This document shows, piece by piece, positions 43,883-55,304 of a DNA stretch of 64,000 nt. Position 1 is the first letter of the stretch; every line of letters starts with the position of its first letter. Made by a program: the position numbers and the translations under genes. Source of the DNA: an uncultured bacterium (GTDB lineage: Bacteria > Krumholzibacteriota > Krumholzibacteriia > LZORAL124-64-63); assembly GCA_963732385.1 (NCBI GenBank), contig CAVSZB010000005.1, positions 64,001-128,000 of the forward strand. Direction: 5' to 3'. The notes below the pieces were generated by a model. That model was not told the origin of the DNA, searched no databases, and was given only the letters and a program-made list of their open reading frames with translations.

Positions 43883-45214
43883 TCAGTGCCCGCCGCGCCC
43901 CTTCGGGATGGCGTGCCGGATCCGGATCGCCAGCACCAGCCCGATCACGGCGAACGGAATCAGGAACGGCGGCCAGTACCCCCAGCTCCTCTCCGTCAGG
44001 AAGCCGAGGCTGAGGAACTGCGTGCCGGTGCCGAGGTAGACCAGTCCGTCGATCAACCCCACGGCCGTGCCGGCGTTCTTGCGACCGCCGAAGTCCATCG
44101 TGGCGGTGCCGCTGAGCATGCCGTGCGTGCCGATCACGCAGAACGAGATCACCATCACCGAGATGCCGAGCAGCCACATGTTGTTCAGGGAGAAGGCCAT
44201 CACGCAGACAGCCACCAGCATCAACCCGTACAGCAGTCCCGCCACCGGGGCGCGTCGCGACCCGAACAGCTTGTCCGACATCCACCCCGCGGTCAGACCG
44301 CCGGTGGCGCCGGCGATGAACAGCATCAGGCCCCAGTTGCGGGTGATGAAGAAGCTGGCGTAGTAGCCCATCTCCTTGCCGTAGATCGTGTACCAGTGCA
44401 TGACGCCGTTGCGCAGCACGCCGGTGCAGAACTCGATAGCGCCGATCGTCAGGACGATCGGATTGGTCACGACCTTCCTGAGGATCACGCGCAGCGGATC
44501 GGGGCGCTCGTCCTCGCCGCTGGAGGCGTCGGCGGTGTCGAAGTTCGTGAGCCCCACATCGCCCGGCCGATCGAAGACCAGGAAGTAGTCGACGATGGCC
44601 CAGAACAGCAGGATGAACGCCGGGATCGCGAAGACCCAGTAGGGCGGGCTGACCACCGCCTGCCCGTCGGCGCCGATCGTCGTGTGCAGCTTCTCGACGA
44701 TGAAATAGCCCCAGTCGAACGCGAAGTAGATCCCCGCCGAGATCAGCACGCCGAAGATCCCGCCGAACACGCCGCGTTCGCGCACGTGGAACCAGGAGCT
44801 GTTCACCTTGACGATGCTCACCGCGCCGAAACTCTGGAAATACATGTTGGCCGCGTAGAGCAGCGAGAAGACGAGCACCAGGTTCACGGAGGGGCGCGTG
44901 TAGGTGAAGGCCGCCAGGGCCAGGTTCATCACGGCCGCGCCCACGGCCGCGATCATGATCGTGCGGCGCCCGCCGATGCGGTCCGTCAGCGGTCCGTTGA
45001 TCAGGAAGGAGATGGCGTAGGTGATCGTCCCGGCCGCGGAGATGATGCCGAACGCCTCCTTCGGCATCAAATCGCCGAACGCGTTCTTGGCCACGGTGAG
45101 GTTGTAGCGCCCCATATAGAGAAAGGAGTAGGTCAGCCCCAGCGGCAGCCAGTTCAGGATGCGCCGGCGGCGGAACGCGGCGGTGTGGCTGAACGCCACG
45201 GCTTCCGAGGACAT
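43883..45214 (-). CDS. MFS transporter, organophosphate:Pi antiporter (GlpT/UhpC)-like
   Basis: YMGRYNL, GPLTDRIGGR, WFHVRERG, GWMSDKLFGSRR, NAGTAVGLID. Confidence 0.82.
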   Translation of the reverse strand: MSSEAVAFSHTAAFRRRRILNWLPLGLTYSFLYMGRYNLTVAKNAFGDLMPKEAFGIISAAGTITYAISFLINGPLTDRIGGRRTIMIAAVGAAVMNLALAAFTYTRPSVNLVLVFSLLYAANMYFQSFGAVSIVKVNSSWFHVRERGVFGGIFGVLISAGIYFAFDWGYFIVEKLHTTIGADGQAVVSPPYWVFAIPAFILLFWAIVDYFLVFDRPGDVGLTNFDTADASSGEDERPDPLRVILRKVVTNPIVLTIGAIEFCTGVLRNGVMHWYTIYGKEMGYYASFFITRNWGLMLFIAGATGGLTAGWMSDKLFGSRRAPVAGLLYGLMLVAVCVMAFSLNNMWLLGISVMVISFCVIGTHGMLSGTATMDFGGRKNAGTAVGLIDGLVYLGTGTQFLSLGFLTERSWGYWPPFLIPFAVIGLVLAIRIRHAIPKGRGGH

Positions 45215-45333
45215 CTGGCACTCCCCAGGCCCGCCGGGCGACCGTCCGCGGAAATCGGGGACGGGCCGGCCGGGTCAGCACGAGCGGATGATAGCGCAGC
45301 CGCCGCGCCGGGAACAGCGCGAAGGGCGGGTGC

Positions 45334-47919
45334 TCAGCCGAGCCGCCTCACGACCACCAGCGTGACGTCATCGGACGGCGGCACGCCGGCGGCGTGGCGC
45401 GCCACCGCGTCGAGGATGGCGGCGCGGACCTCCCCGGCCCCCTGCCCCGCCGTGGCCCGCAGCACGGCGTGCAGCCGGTCGTCGCCGAACAGATTGACCT
45501 GGTCCTCGGCGTCGAGGTCATCGTCTTCGTCACCGTCATCGGTGCCGGACGGTTCCCGCCCGTCCCAGGTGGCATCGCCGAGCCTGCCTCGCGGCGCCGC
45601 GTCCGTCACGCCCGCCGGCAGCGGCGGCCCCTCGGCCTCGGTGATGCCGTCACTGAACAGCACCAGCAGGTCGCCCGGATCGATCGTCACGGTCTGCTGC
45701 CGGTAGGCCTGGCCCTCCAGCATGCCGATCAGCAGCCCCCCGTCCTTCAGCTCCTCGAGACGTCCGTCGGCCCGCAGCAGCAGCGGCGGGTTGTGCCCGG
45801 CGTTGGTGGAGGTGAAATTGCCGGTGGCGCTGTCGAGCGCGCCGTAGAAGAAGGTGGCGAAGCGTCCGATGTCGGTGGAACGGGTCAGCAGATCGTTCAT
45901 GTGCGCGACGACGGCCGCCACCTCCGCAAGGTGGATGACCTGCCCCTGCAACAGCGCCTGCAGGTTGGCCATCAGGAGCGCCGCCGGGATCCCCTTGCCC
46001 GACACGTCGGCGATCGCCAAACCCAGCCGCCCGTCGGGCAGGGCGAGGAAATCGAAATAGTCGCCCCCGACCTGGAGACTCGGCACGCTGACGCCGGTGA
46101 TCTCCCAGCCCGGCAGGTCCGGCATGGCGTGCGGCAGCAGCCGCTCCTGGATCTCGCGCGCGGTGCGCAGCTCGCGCTCGAGCCGCTCGCGCGCGATCGC
46201 CTGCTCCCGACCGAGCTTCACCGCTTCGGTCATTTCGTTGAACGAGGCGGCCAGGTCGCCGAATTCGTCCTCATTGGGCACTTCGATGTGCGTGTCGAGA
46301 TCGCCGCGCGCCAGGCGCACCGTCCCCTGGTGCAGCGTCCGCACCGCCGAGGTGATGCCGGTCGCGATCCGCATGCCGAGGAAGACCGCGAACGCCTCGA
46401 TCAGCAGCAGCAGGATCGCCAGCGACAGCAGAGCGAGCAGGATCACCTTGTTGAATTCGTTGCCGCTCGACCAGAACTCGCGCACGAGCTCGGAAAGGGC
46501 CGTTTCCACGCGCAGCATCACCGAGGTGCGATCCAGCCCGGCGGGCGACAGCCGCACGACGTCCAGGATGGCGGCACCGAACTTGAGCGGGCGCCTCCAG
46601 AGGTCCGCGGTGGAGTCGGCGGCGGCGTATGTGCCGCGCACGACGAACATCGCGCGGATCGAGTCGCCCGGGGCCGCGCCTCCACCGAGCGAGTCCGCGG
46701 CGCCGACGGCCCGGCCGCGGTCGCTGTACAGGTCGACCCGAACACCGGTCACCGCCGACAGGTGATCGAGCACGCCGGCGTCCACGCGGCGACCCGTGGC
46801 CGTCCAGGCCGGCGGCGTTCCCTCGCGGCGCAGGCTTACGGCCCACAGCTCGTCGTCCGTGCGCAGGAACAGGCTGCTGTCGACCGGCGCCCAACGCCGT
46901 CCGCTCCCGCCTATCTCGGTGCTATTCCCCCCGATGGTGAAGACCATGCCCCGGTCGGCCGGCGGAGTCGGCGGCGTCGACGCGCTGTCAGGCGGCGCCG
47001 CGCCGTCGGGCGTCGTCGCCGGAGCCGGGACAGGGGCGCGCAGCGCCCGCCAGAGCTCCGGCAACCAGGCCGGCGCCGTCGCGGGCGGCGGCGCGTCCTC
47101 CCGCGCCATGAACGAGGCGGGGAACAGCGCCGGGCCCGCCGCCGGGTCGCGCACCGCCAGCTCCGCCCAGTCGCGCAGCAGATCGCGCGCGACGCTGGCG
47201 CGGCCCGCGCCGATCACCGTGAGCAGGATCGTCATCCACAGGCCGATGACCAGCAGCAGCGGCACCACCGCGATGAAGACGGCGCTCGTGGCGAGCTTCG
47301 GCCTGAGCCGCATGAAGTGCAGCCGCATTCCGAACACGAGGTGCGCGCCGGTCAGGAGCCAGAAGCAGAGCAGCGAGCCGAGCGCGTAGCGCAGCGTCGC
47401 CTGGCCCAGCGCGTGGAACCCGCCGAGCTCCTCGCTGGGACGGAAGTCCCAGCCGGCCGTCGTCAGGACGGCGGCGACGATCGCCACCAGGAACAGCCAG
47501 GCGCGGCGGCGGGAGGTGAGGTGGCGCAGCGGACGGAAGCGACGCAGGAACAGGAACACCGTCGCCAGCGCCACCGACGCCGGCCACCCCTGCCCCCGGG
47601 CGCCGAGCAGCGGCACGAACAGCGCGCTCCCGGCGAGCCAGATGATCCAGAAGCGGCGCCCGCGGGTGTCGAGGAGCAGCAGCCGCACCGCCGCCAGCCA
47701 GGCCGCCAGCGCCGGCACCGCGGCGAGCCAGGCCCCGGCGGCGTGCTTCGGGCCGACCACGCGCGCGAACAGGAACGCCAGGGTGCAGCCGGCCGCGGCG
47801 CCGAGAGCCAGCCGCCAGACCGGCGCGTTGAGCGGAGAGACGGCGCGCCATTCCGGCACCGGCCGGTCCGGGAGCGGGGCCATGCGGGCGGGCCGCGATC
47901 TGCGCCGCAGCAACTTCAA
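45334..47919 (-). CDS. Multi-TM HAMP + SpoIIE/RsbU PP2C phosphatase
   Basis: DEFGDLAASFNEM, AREIQERLLP, VGGDYFDF, IADVSGKG, NAGHNPP, FSDGITEA, DDVTL; TTG start overlaps the upstream stop (alternative ATG 47883). Confidence 0.9.
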   Translation of the reverse strand: MKLLRRRSRPARMAPLPDRPVPEWRAVSPLNAPVWRLALGAAAGCTLAFLFARVVGPKHAAGAWLAAVPALAAWLAAVRLLLLDTRGRRFWIIWLAGSALFVPLLGARGQGWPASVALATVFLFLRRFRPLRHLTSRRRAWLFLVAIVAAVLTTAGWDFRPSEELGGFHALGQATLRYALGSLLCFWLLTGAHLVFGMRLHFMRLRPKLATSAVFIAVVPLLLVIGLWMTILLTVIGAGRASVARDLLRDWAELAVRDPAAGPALFPASFMAREDAPPPATAPAWLPELWRALRAPVPAPATTPDGAAPPDSASTPPTPPADRGMVFTIGGNSTEIGGSGRRWAPVDSSLFLRTDDELWAVSLRREGTPPAWTATGRRVDAGVLDHLSAVTGVRVDLYSDRGRAVGAADSLGGGAAPGDSIRAMFVVRGTYAAADSTADLWRRPLKFGAAILDVVRLSPAGLDRTSVMLRVETALSELVREFWSSGNEFNKVILLALLSLAILLLLIEAFAVFLGMRIATGITSAVRTLHQGTVRLARGDLDTHIEVPNEDEFGDLAASFNEMTEAVKLGREQAIARERLERELRTAREIQERLLPHAMPDLPGWEITGVSVPSLQVGGDYFDFLALPDGRLGLAIADVSGKGIPAALLMANLQALLQGQVIHLAEVAAVVAHMNDLLTRSTDIGRFATFFYGALDSATGNFTSTNAGHNPPLLLRADGRLEELKDGGLLIGMLEGQAYRQQTVTIDPGDLLVLFSDGITEAEGPPLPAGVTDAAPRGRLGDATWDGREPSGTDDGDEDDDLDAEDQVNLFGDDRLHAVLRATAGQGAGEVRAAILDAVARHAAGVPPSDDVTLVVVRRLG

Positions 47920-48605
47920 CGGACCCCGTGCTCCCGTTTGTACCGCACCCAGTTCGCCTTCAGGTCATTGAACGCATCCAGATCGGGGCAGAGCAGGAAC
48001 GGGTTGTGCGCGCGCTCGAACCCGATGGTGGAGAACGGCCGCGCTCCTTCGCCTCCCCAGTAGTCGTGCCCCGGCAGAACGACGGTCTCGTCCGGCAGCG
48101 TCAGCAGATGTCGCAACGAGGTCCACTCGGCCTCGGCCGACGAGCCCGGAAACGCCTTTCCGGTGCCACCCACCTTGCCACAGAACAGCAGGTCGCCCGT
48201 GAACAGTCGGCCGTTGCCGAGAAAGCAGAGGTGTCCCGGCGTATGGCCCGGCGTGTGGAAGGCGATCAGGCGCTGGGCGCCGAGCGCGAACACCTCCCCC
48301 TCCTCCACCGGCTGCGCTCCCGCGACCCGCTCCTGGGAACCGGCGTGGATGGCCGCCCCGGTCGCCGCCGCCAGCGCCGCGGCGCCGGCCACGTGGTCGC
48401 CGTGGCCATGCGTGACCAGCACGGACCGCAACCGTACCTTCCGCTCCCTGGCCATCGCCCCGAGGCGATCCGGGGCGAAGCCGGGATCGATCGCGACCCC
48501 CTCGCCGGTGGCGCGATCAACGAACAGGTAGCAGAAATTGCGATCGCCCCCGAGATGGATCTGCAGGCAGAGCAGTCCGGCGTCGGAGTGGTCGTGGACG
48601 ATCAT
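47916..48605 (-). CDS. Metallo-beta-lactamase-fold hydrolase (glyoxalase II-like)
   Basis: THGHGDHVAG, HTPGHTPG, FTGD.LF, PGHDY, ERAHNPFL. Confidence 0.88.
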   Translation of the reverse strand: MIVHDHSDAGLLCLQIHLGGDRNFCYLFVDRATGEGVAIDPGFAPDRLGAMARERKVRLRSVLVTHGHGDHVAGAAALAAATGAAIHAGSQERVAGAQPVEEGEVFALGAQRLIAFHTPGHTPGHLCFLGNGRLFTGDLLFCGKVGGTGKAFPGSSAEAEWTSLRHLLTLPDETVVLPGHDYWGGEGARPFSTIGFERAHNPFLLCPDLDAFNDLKANWVRYKREHGVR

Positions 48606-48631
48606 CGCCGCTCCTTGCGTCGTGACGGGCG

Positions 48632-49831
48632 CTACAGCCCCGTGAGCAGGCTCACCGAGAGGGCGATCCACCGGTCCCGTCCCACCGCTCTGAAATCGCT
48701 GTCGGCGCCGAACGGCTCGAAACTCGAGCGGGCATACTCCTCCAGGCGCAACTGGAAGTCGAGCAGCCGCTCCTTCTTCTCCTTGCCGGAGGCCGGCAGG
48801 GCGAGCTGCAGCCCCACTCTCGCCGAGCCTCCCCAGTCCTGCAACTCGAGCACGACCGTGCCACCGTACATGTAACCGTCGGAGCCGAGAAACTGCTCGC
48901 CCCCCCAGCGTAGCGACCGCATGTAGTACCCGCCGCCGAGACCGCAGTAAGCGTGGGCCCGGCGCGACACCGGCGCGCGCGCAAGCAGCCCCATCTCCAG
49001 GGCGTAGAGAGCGCTGCGTCCGTTCTCCGACACCGCCTCGAAGTCATCCTGGATGTCGCCGAACCCATACACGAACGCGGCGTAAGGCTGGAACGTGCGC
49101 CCGATCCGGTGCGTCACCGCGATCTCGATCTGCCCCATGTCGGTGAAGAATTGGTTGAAATCGGAACCGCAGTGGCGATAGCCGAGCCCGGTCGTCACCA
49201 GCCAGCGCGCGGCGACCGGGGACTTCGCGCCGGGCGGGACGATCCCCAGCCCCGGGGGCGCGGGACGCGATGCCGGCAGCGGCACCTCCGGCCAGACCCG
49301 CGGACGCGCAAACCGGGCTGGCGCCGGAGCCGACGCGGCAAGCGAGTCGGCGGCCACGGTCAGACTGTCATCGCCGGCGGGCGCCGCGCCGGCCGACGGG
49401 ACGGCTGTCGTGTCGACCGCAGCGACCGCTACGGCCACCGTCGCCGTTGCCGCCGGAGCCTCGAGCAGCCGCGTCACCCGTTCCCGCCATTCACGCAGCA
49501 CGGCGGTCGGCACGTTGCGCTCGCGCGTGACCGGTCCCGCGGGAGTATCGAGGCTGAGCCGGGCCAGATAGCCGCCCCACGGCGCCGGCAGCAGCACCGC
49601 CGCCCGCAGCCCCGGCTCGTCGGCGAACAGGCCGAAGCGGGCCGCCTCCCCGGCGTCGAGCGTGTCGCCGATGGCCGGATGGATCGCAACCAGCGCGTCG
49701 GCCTCCGCCCGACCGACCGCCGCGCCTGCCGCCAGCGCGGCGAACAGCGCCACCACACCGGCCACGACGGGCCCCGGACCCGAGACGGCCCGGCGGCGGA
49801 TTGGGCGACTGCGTGCTCCCGGACTACTCAT
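48632..49831 (-). CDS. Hypothetical exported protein with probable C-terminal outer-membrane beta-barrel
   Basis: N-terminal hydrophobic segment, Ala/Pro linker, alternating amphipathic strands (AYCGLGGGYY, GGSARVGLQL); start uncertain. Confidence 0.55.
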   Translation of the reverse strand: MSSPGARSRPIRRRAVSGPGPVVAGVVALFAALAAGAAVGRAEADALVAIHPAIGDTLDAGEAARFGLFADEPGLRAAVLLPAPWGGYLARLSLDTPAGPVTRERNVPTAVLREWRERVTRLLEAPAATATVAVAVAAVDTTAVPSAGAAPAGDDSLTVAADSLAASAPAPARFARPRVWPEVPLPASRPAPPGLGIVPPGAKSPVAARWLVTTGLGYRHCGSDFNQFFTDMGQIEIAVTHRIGRTFQPYAAFVYGFGDIQDDFEAVSENGRSALYALEMGLLARAPVSRRAHAYCGLGGGYYMRSLRWGGEQFLGSDGYMYGGTVVLELQDWGGSARVGLQLALPASGKEKKERLLDFQLRLEEYARSSFEPFGADSDFRAVGRDRWIALSVSLLTGL

Positions 49832-49981
49832 GCCGGCAATATATGACACCGCGCGCGCGGGGTCACCCGGCGAACTGCGTCGTTCCGGCGCCAGACACAT
49901 CCGCCCTCCCCGCCTTGCCCCCGGCCCCGCACTCGGCTACCCTCCCGGGCGCCGGGCGCTCCTGTCCGGCGGGGAGGCGAC

Positions 49982-50576
49982 ATGACGGAATGGGGGAGGG
50001 ACACCGGCGGCGGACTGACGGACATCTGGCCGGACGGGGCGGAGCTGGCGGAGCTCTGCGCGGGAATCGTCGCGGCGTGGCTCGCACGCGCGGCGACCCT
50101 GCCCGCCTGGGAGGCGGCCGAGCGCGCCTTCCCGCCGACGGACGCCGGCTGGCGCCCGCACGCGGCCCGCCTCCAGCTCATCAACGCGTTCCAGTGGCGG
50201 GAAGAGGACCGCAGCCGCGATCCAGCGGCGGGCGACGCCGCGCTGGCGGCGGTCAAGCGCTCGATCGACGCCTCCAACGGCCGGCGGGTGCGCGCCGTGG
50301 AGGCGCTCGACGTCCAGGTAATCGACGGGCTGGAGCGGGCCGGCCTGCTTGATCCGGCCGCGCCGCTCGCCAGCGAATCGCCCGGCAGCATCGTCGACCG
50401 CCTGACGGTGCTGGCCCTCAAGCGGGCGCACGCACGCGACGCCGACCGCCTCGCCCTGCTCGGCGAGCAGTGGCACGACCTGCTCGGCTGCCTCGACCGT
50501 CTCGGCGCCGACGTGGCCGCCGGGCGCGCCCGCGTGAAGCTCTACCGCCAGGTCAAGCTGTACGGCGCGCCGGAGG

Positions 50577-50596
<20 letters not shown>
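49982..50596 (+). CDS. DUF4254-like protein
   Basis: NAFQW..ED..R, KRSIDASN..R...VE.LD, SESPGSIVDRL.VLALK, K.YRQ.K.Y. Confidence 0.78.
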
Positions 50597-52532
<1,936 letters not shown>

Positions 52533-52735
52533 TTGCTCCTTGGGGCGGAGGTCCGCGGCGGCGCATCAATCAGGAGCAACTTAATAGTTGTTTTCGGCGA
52601 CGGCGGCCACCCCTGTGCCGTCCCCGCAGCCCCCCCCAGGAAAGGCGGGGCTTGTCGCCGGCCGCCGGTCGCTCAATACTGAGTCTGACCGGGCGCGCCG
52701 GCCCGTCCCGGACCCTCACGGTGGAGGCGTCGACC

Positions 52736-54472
52736 ATGCAGCACGTTTTCTCGACCGTTCGCGGTTTCGCGTGCGTTGCGCTCCTTTGCACGCTTTCGCC
52801 CGGCCCGGCCCGCGGCGCCGCCGCTCCGTCCGACAGCACCCGCTACTATGTCGAGGAGGACGGCCGCGGCACCGGCTGGTTCGCGGTGGGCCGCACCACG
52901 AATCCCCAGGGACAGCTGGTCTACCGCGGCAGCGGCGCGAAATCGGACGCCTTCAAGATCAAGCGCTTCGAGGTCGTGGTCGGGCCCGATTTCGTCCCCG
53001 TCAGTTCTTTCCTGAAGATGAGCGCGCAGGGCCAGCCGATCGAATTCACCTCCACGTACGCCGGGGGCAAGGCGGTCACGTCGGCGAAGGTCAGCGGCCA
53101 GAAGATGCCGGTCCCCGAGACGCGCCTCGAAGGAATCACCTTCGTGTTGCCAGGGAAGGTGGCCTGCGCCTTCGCCGTCCTCTCGGACTGGCTCGCCAGT
53201 CGCGACGCCGCCACCTTCAAGGGCTCCGTGAAGGGCTACATGCCGCCACTGCTGGCCGACATCGAGGTGACCGGACTGGGCCGCCAGACGGTGCAGTCGG
53301 GCGGCGGATCAACCGAGGTGCGCGCGTTCCTCCTGACGGCGAAAATCCCGGCCAGCCGTCAGTTGCCGCGGGGCGCCACCCAGGAAGTCGTCCTCTGGCA
53401 GTACCCCGACGGCCGCTTCTTCGGTATCGAGGTCGCCGCCCAGAAAATGCGGGCCTACCCCTTCCCTTCGGACGCCAGGCTGGAAGAGGCGCCCAGGGTC
53501 TTCCCTGAAGTCGCCGTGCGCTTCGTATCGGGGGCCGACACGCTGGCCGGCACGCTCATGCTGCCGGAGGTCGATCCGACGCGGACGGCAAAGCCGCCGG
53601 CGATCGTGTTCGTCTCCGGGTCAGGTCCCTCCATGCGCGACGAGTACGTGGCCGGCTTCCCTGTCTTCCGGGTGCTCGCCGAGAAGCTCGCCGCCGCGGG
53701 CTGCGCCTCGCTCCGCTACGACGACCGCGGCATCGAGGAGAGCGGCGGCGATTACGGGCTGGTGACGATGGACATCCTCGCGGCCGACGCCGCCGCGGCC
53801 ACCGCCGCCCTGCGGAGCCGCCCTGAGATCGACTCCGCGCGCGTGGGACTGCTCGGCCACAGCGAAGGGGCCCTGCTGGCGGCGCAGATCGCGGCGCTGA
53901 CCGAGCAGCAGTCGGGACAGGTGCTCTGGTGCGCGATCCTGCTGGCCGGCTCCACGGCGAACGGTCATCAGATCATCATGGAACAGTTCGAGCACGCGCT
54001 CGCGCAGCAGGGGGCCACGCCCGAAAAGGCGACCGCCCAGCGCGCGCTGCAGGAGCAGGTGCTGGCCTGGGTCGAGGGCAGGGCCGGCTGGGAAACGGTC
54101 GCCGCGCTGGCCGACAGCGAGGAGGCGCAGAACCTCGAGATGCAGAAGGCGACGCTCGAGGCGCCGTGGCTGCGCTCCTTCCTGGCCTATGAGCCCGGTC
54201 CCTGGCTGGAGAAACTCAAGGTGCCGACCCTGGTCCTGCACGGCGAACTCGATACCCAGCTCCCGCTCGCCCACGGCACGGCGGTGCGCGATCTGCTCAA
54301 GGCGAGCGGCAATCCGACCGTGTCGTTCGTGCCGGCGCGCGGCGTGAACCACCTGTTCCAGCTGGCGAAAACCGGCGAGGCGGACGAGTACGCCACGCTC
54401 AAGCCGGAGTTCGCCCCCGGCGTGGCCGAGCGGATCACGGCCTTCGTGGCGATGCGGGTGAGGATGAAGTAG
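52736..54472 (+). CDS. Secreted alpha/beta hydrolase with N-terminal beta-rich domain
   Basis: Signal peptide; SGSGP, RYDDRG, GHSEG nucleophile, HGELD, NHLFQ. Confidence 0.85.
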   Translation: MQHVFSTVRGFACVALLCTLSPGPARGAAAPSDSTRYYVEEDGRGTGWFAVGRTTNPQGQLVYRGSGAKSDAFKIKRFEVVVGPDFVPVSSFLKMSAQGQPIEFTSTYAGGKAVTSAKVSGQKMPVPETRLEGITFVLPGKVACAFAVLSDWLASRDAATFKGSVKGYMPPLLADIEVTGLGRQTVQSGGGSTEVRAFLLTAKIPASRQLPRGATQEVVLWQYPDGRFFGIEVAAQKMRAYPFPSDARLEEAPRVFPEVAVRFVSGADTLAGTLMLPEVDPTRTAKPPAIVFVSGSGPSMRDEYVAGFPVFRVLAEKLAAAGCASLRYDDRGIEESGGDYGLVTMDILAADAAAATAALRSRPEIDSARVGLLGHSEGALLAAQIAALTEQQSGQVLWCAILLAGSTANGHQIIMEQFEHALAQQGATPEKATAQRALQEQVLAWVEGRAGWETVAALADSEEAQNLEMQKATLEAPWLRSFLAYEPGPWLEKLKVPTLVLHGELDTQLPLAHGTAVRDLLKASGNPTVSFVPARGVNHLFQLAKTGEADEYATLKPEFAPGVAERITAFVAMRVRMK

Positions 54473-55304
54473 CCCCGGACGGGCCGGCATCCGGCAGCCC
54501 TGTGTCCCCGGGCGGCCCGGCCCGCGCGCGCAGGAGCGCTTCGGCCCGCGCGAGATCCGCGTCGGTGGTGACTTTCCAGTTCTCCGGCTCCCCCCAGACG
54601 ATGACCGGAGCGCGCCCCTGCGCCGCCAGCAGCCCGCCATCGTCGGTGAAATCGAGACCCCGTTCGCGCGCCCAGCGATGCGCGGCGAGGAGGAGCCCCC
54701 CCCGGAAGACCTGCGGCGTCTGCAGGGCGCGCAACGCGCCACGTTCGAGGTAGCGCGCGACCGGCTGCGCGTCAGCTGCCTCCGCCTCGCGCGCGCCAAC
54801 GGACGGGACGATCTCCACGATCGTGTCCGTCACCGCCACACCCGGCACCGCGGCGCCGTGCTCCCCCGCCACGGCCGCCACGCGCGCCAGCAGCTGGCGC
54901 GATGCGAACGGGCGCGCCGCGTCGTGCACCGCGATCAGGTCGTCGTCGCTGACGGGACGACCCGCAAGCAGCGCCTCGAGCGCACACCAGGTCGAGCCGG
55001 TGCGCGTCTCGCCGCCGGGGGTCACCTGCCAGGCGCACGGGAGCAGCGCCGCCGCCAACTCGCCGCGGGCGATCGCCAGCCATGGCCCGGGCACGGACAC
55101 CGTTACGGTCACCACGCCGGGCGCCTCGGCCAGTTCGCGGATTCCCCACAGCATGAGCGAGGCTCCGCTGACCTGCCGGAACTGTTTGGGCGGCTCGGCG
55201 TCGGCGCGGCGTGCGCGCACGCCCAGGCCGCCAGCCATCACCAGCAGGTGCAGGGGACGCACGTGGGGCGCGACCATCGCTTCATCCCTCCCGCGGGGCG
55301 GCAT
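54435..55304 (-). CDS. ispD: 2-C-methyl-D-erythritol 4-phosphate cytidylyltransferase IspD/TarI family
   Basis: AGG.G.R, PKQF, GGETR..S, VHDAARPF, QTPQVF, TDD, N.KVTT..DL; start uncertain (55304 or 55277). Confidence 0.88.
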   Translation of the reverse strand: MPPRGRDEAMVAPHVRPLHLLVMAGGLGVRARRADAEPPKQFRQVSGASLMLWGIRELAEAPGVVTVTVSVPGPWLAIARGELAAALLPCAWQVTPGGETRTGSTWCALEALLAGRPVSDDDLIAVHDAARPFASRQLLARVAAVAGEHGAAVPGVAVTDTIVEIVPSVGAREAEAADAQPVARYLERGALRALQTPQVFRGGLLLAAHRWARERGLDFTDDGGLLAAQGRAPVIVWGEPENWKVTTDADLARAEALLRARAGPPGDTGLPDAGPSGATSSSPASPRRP

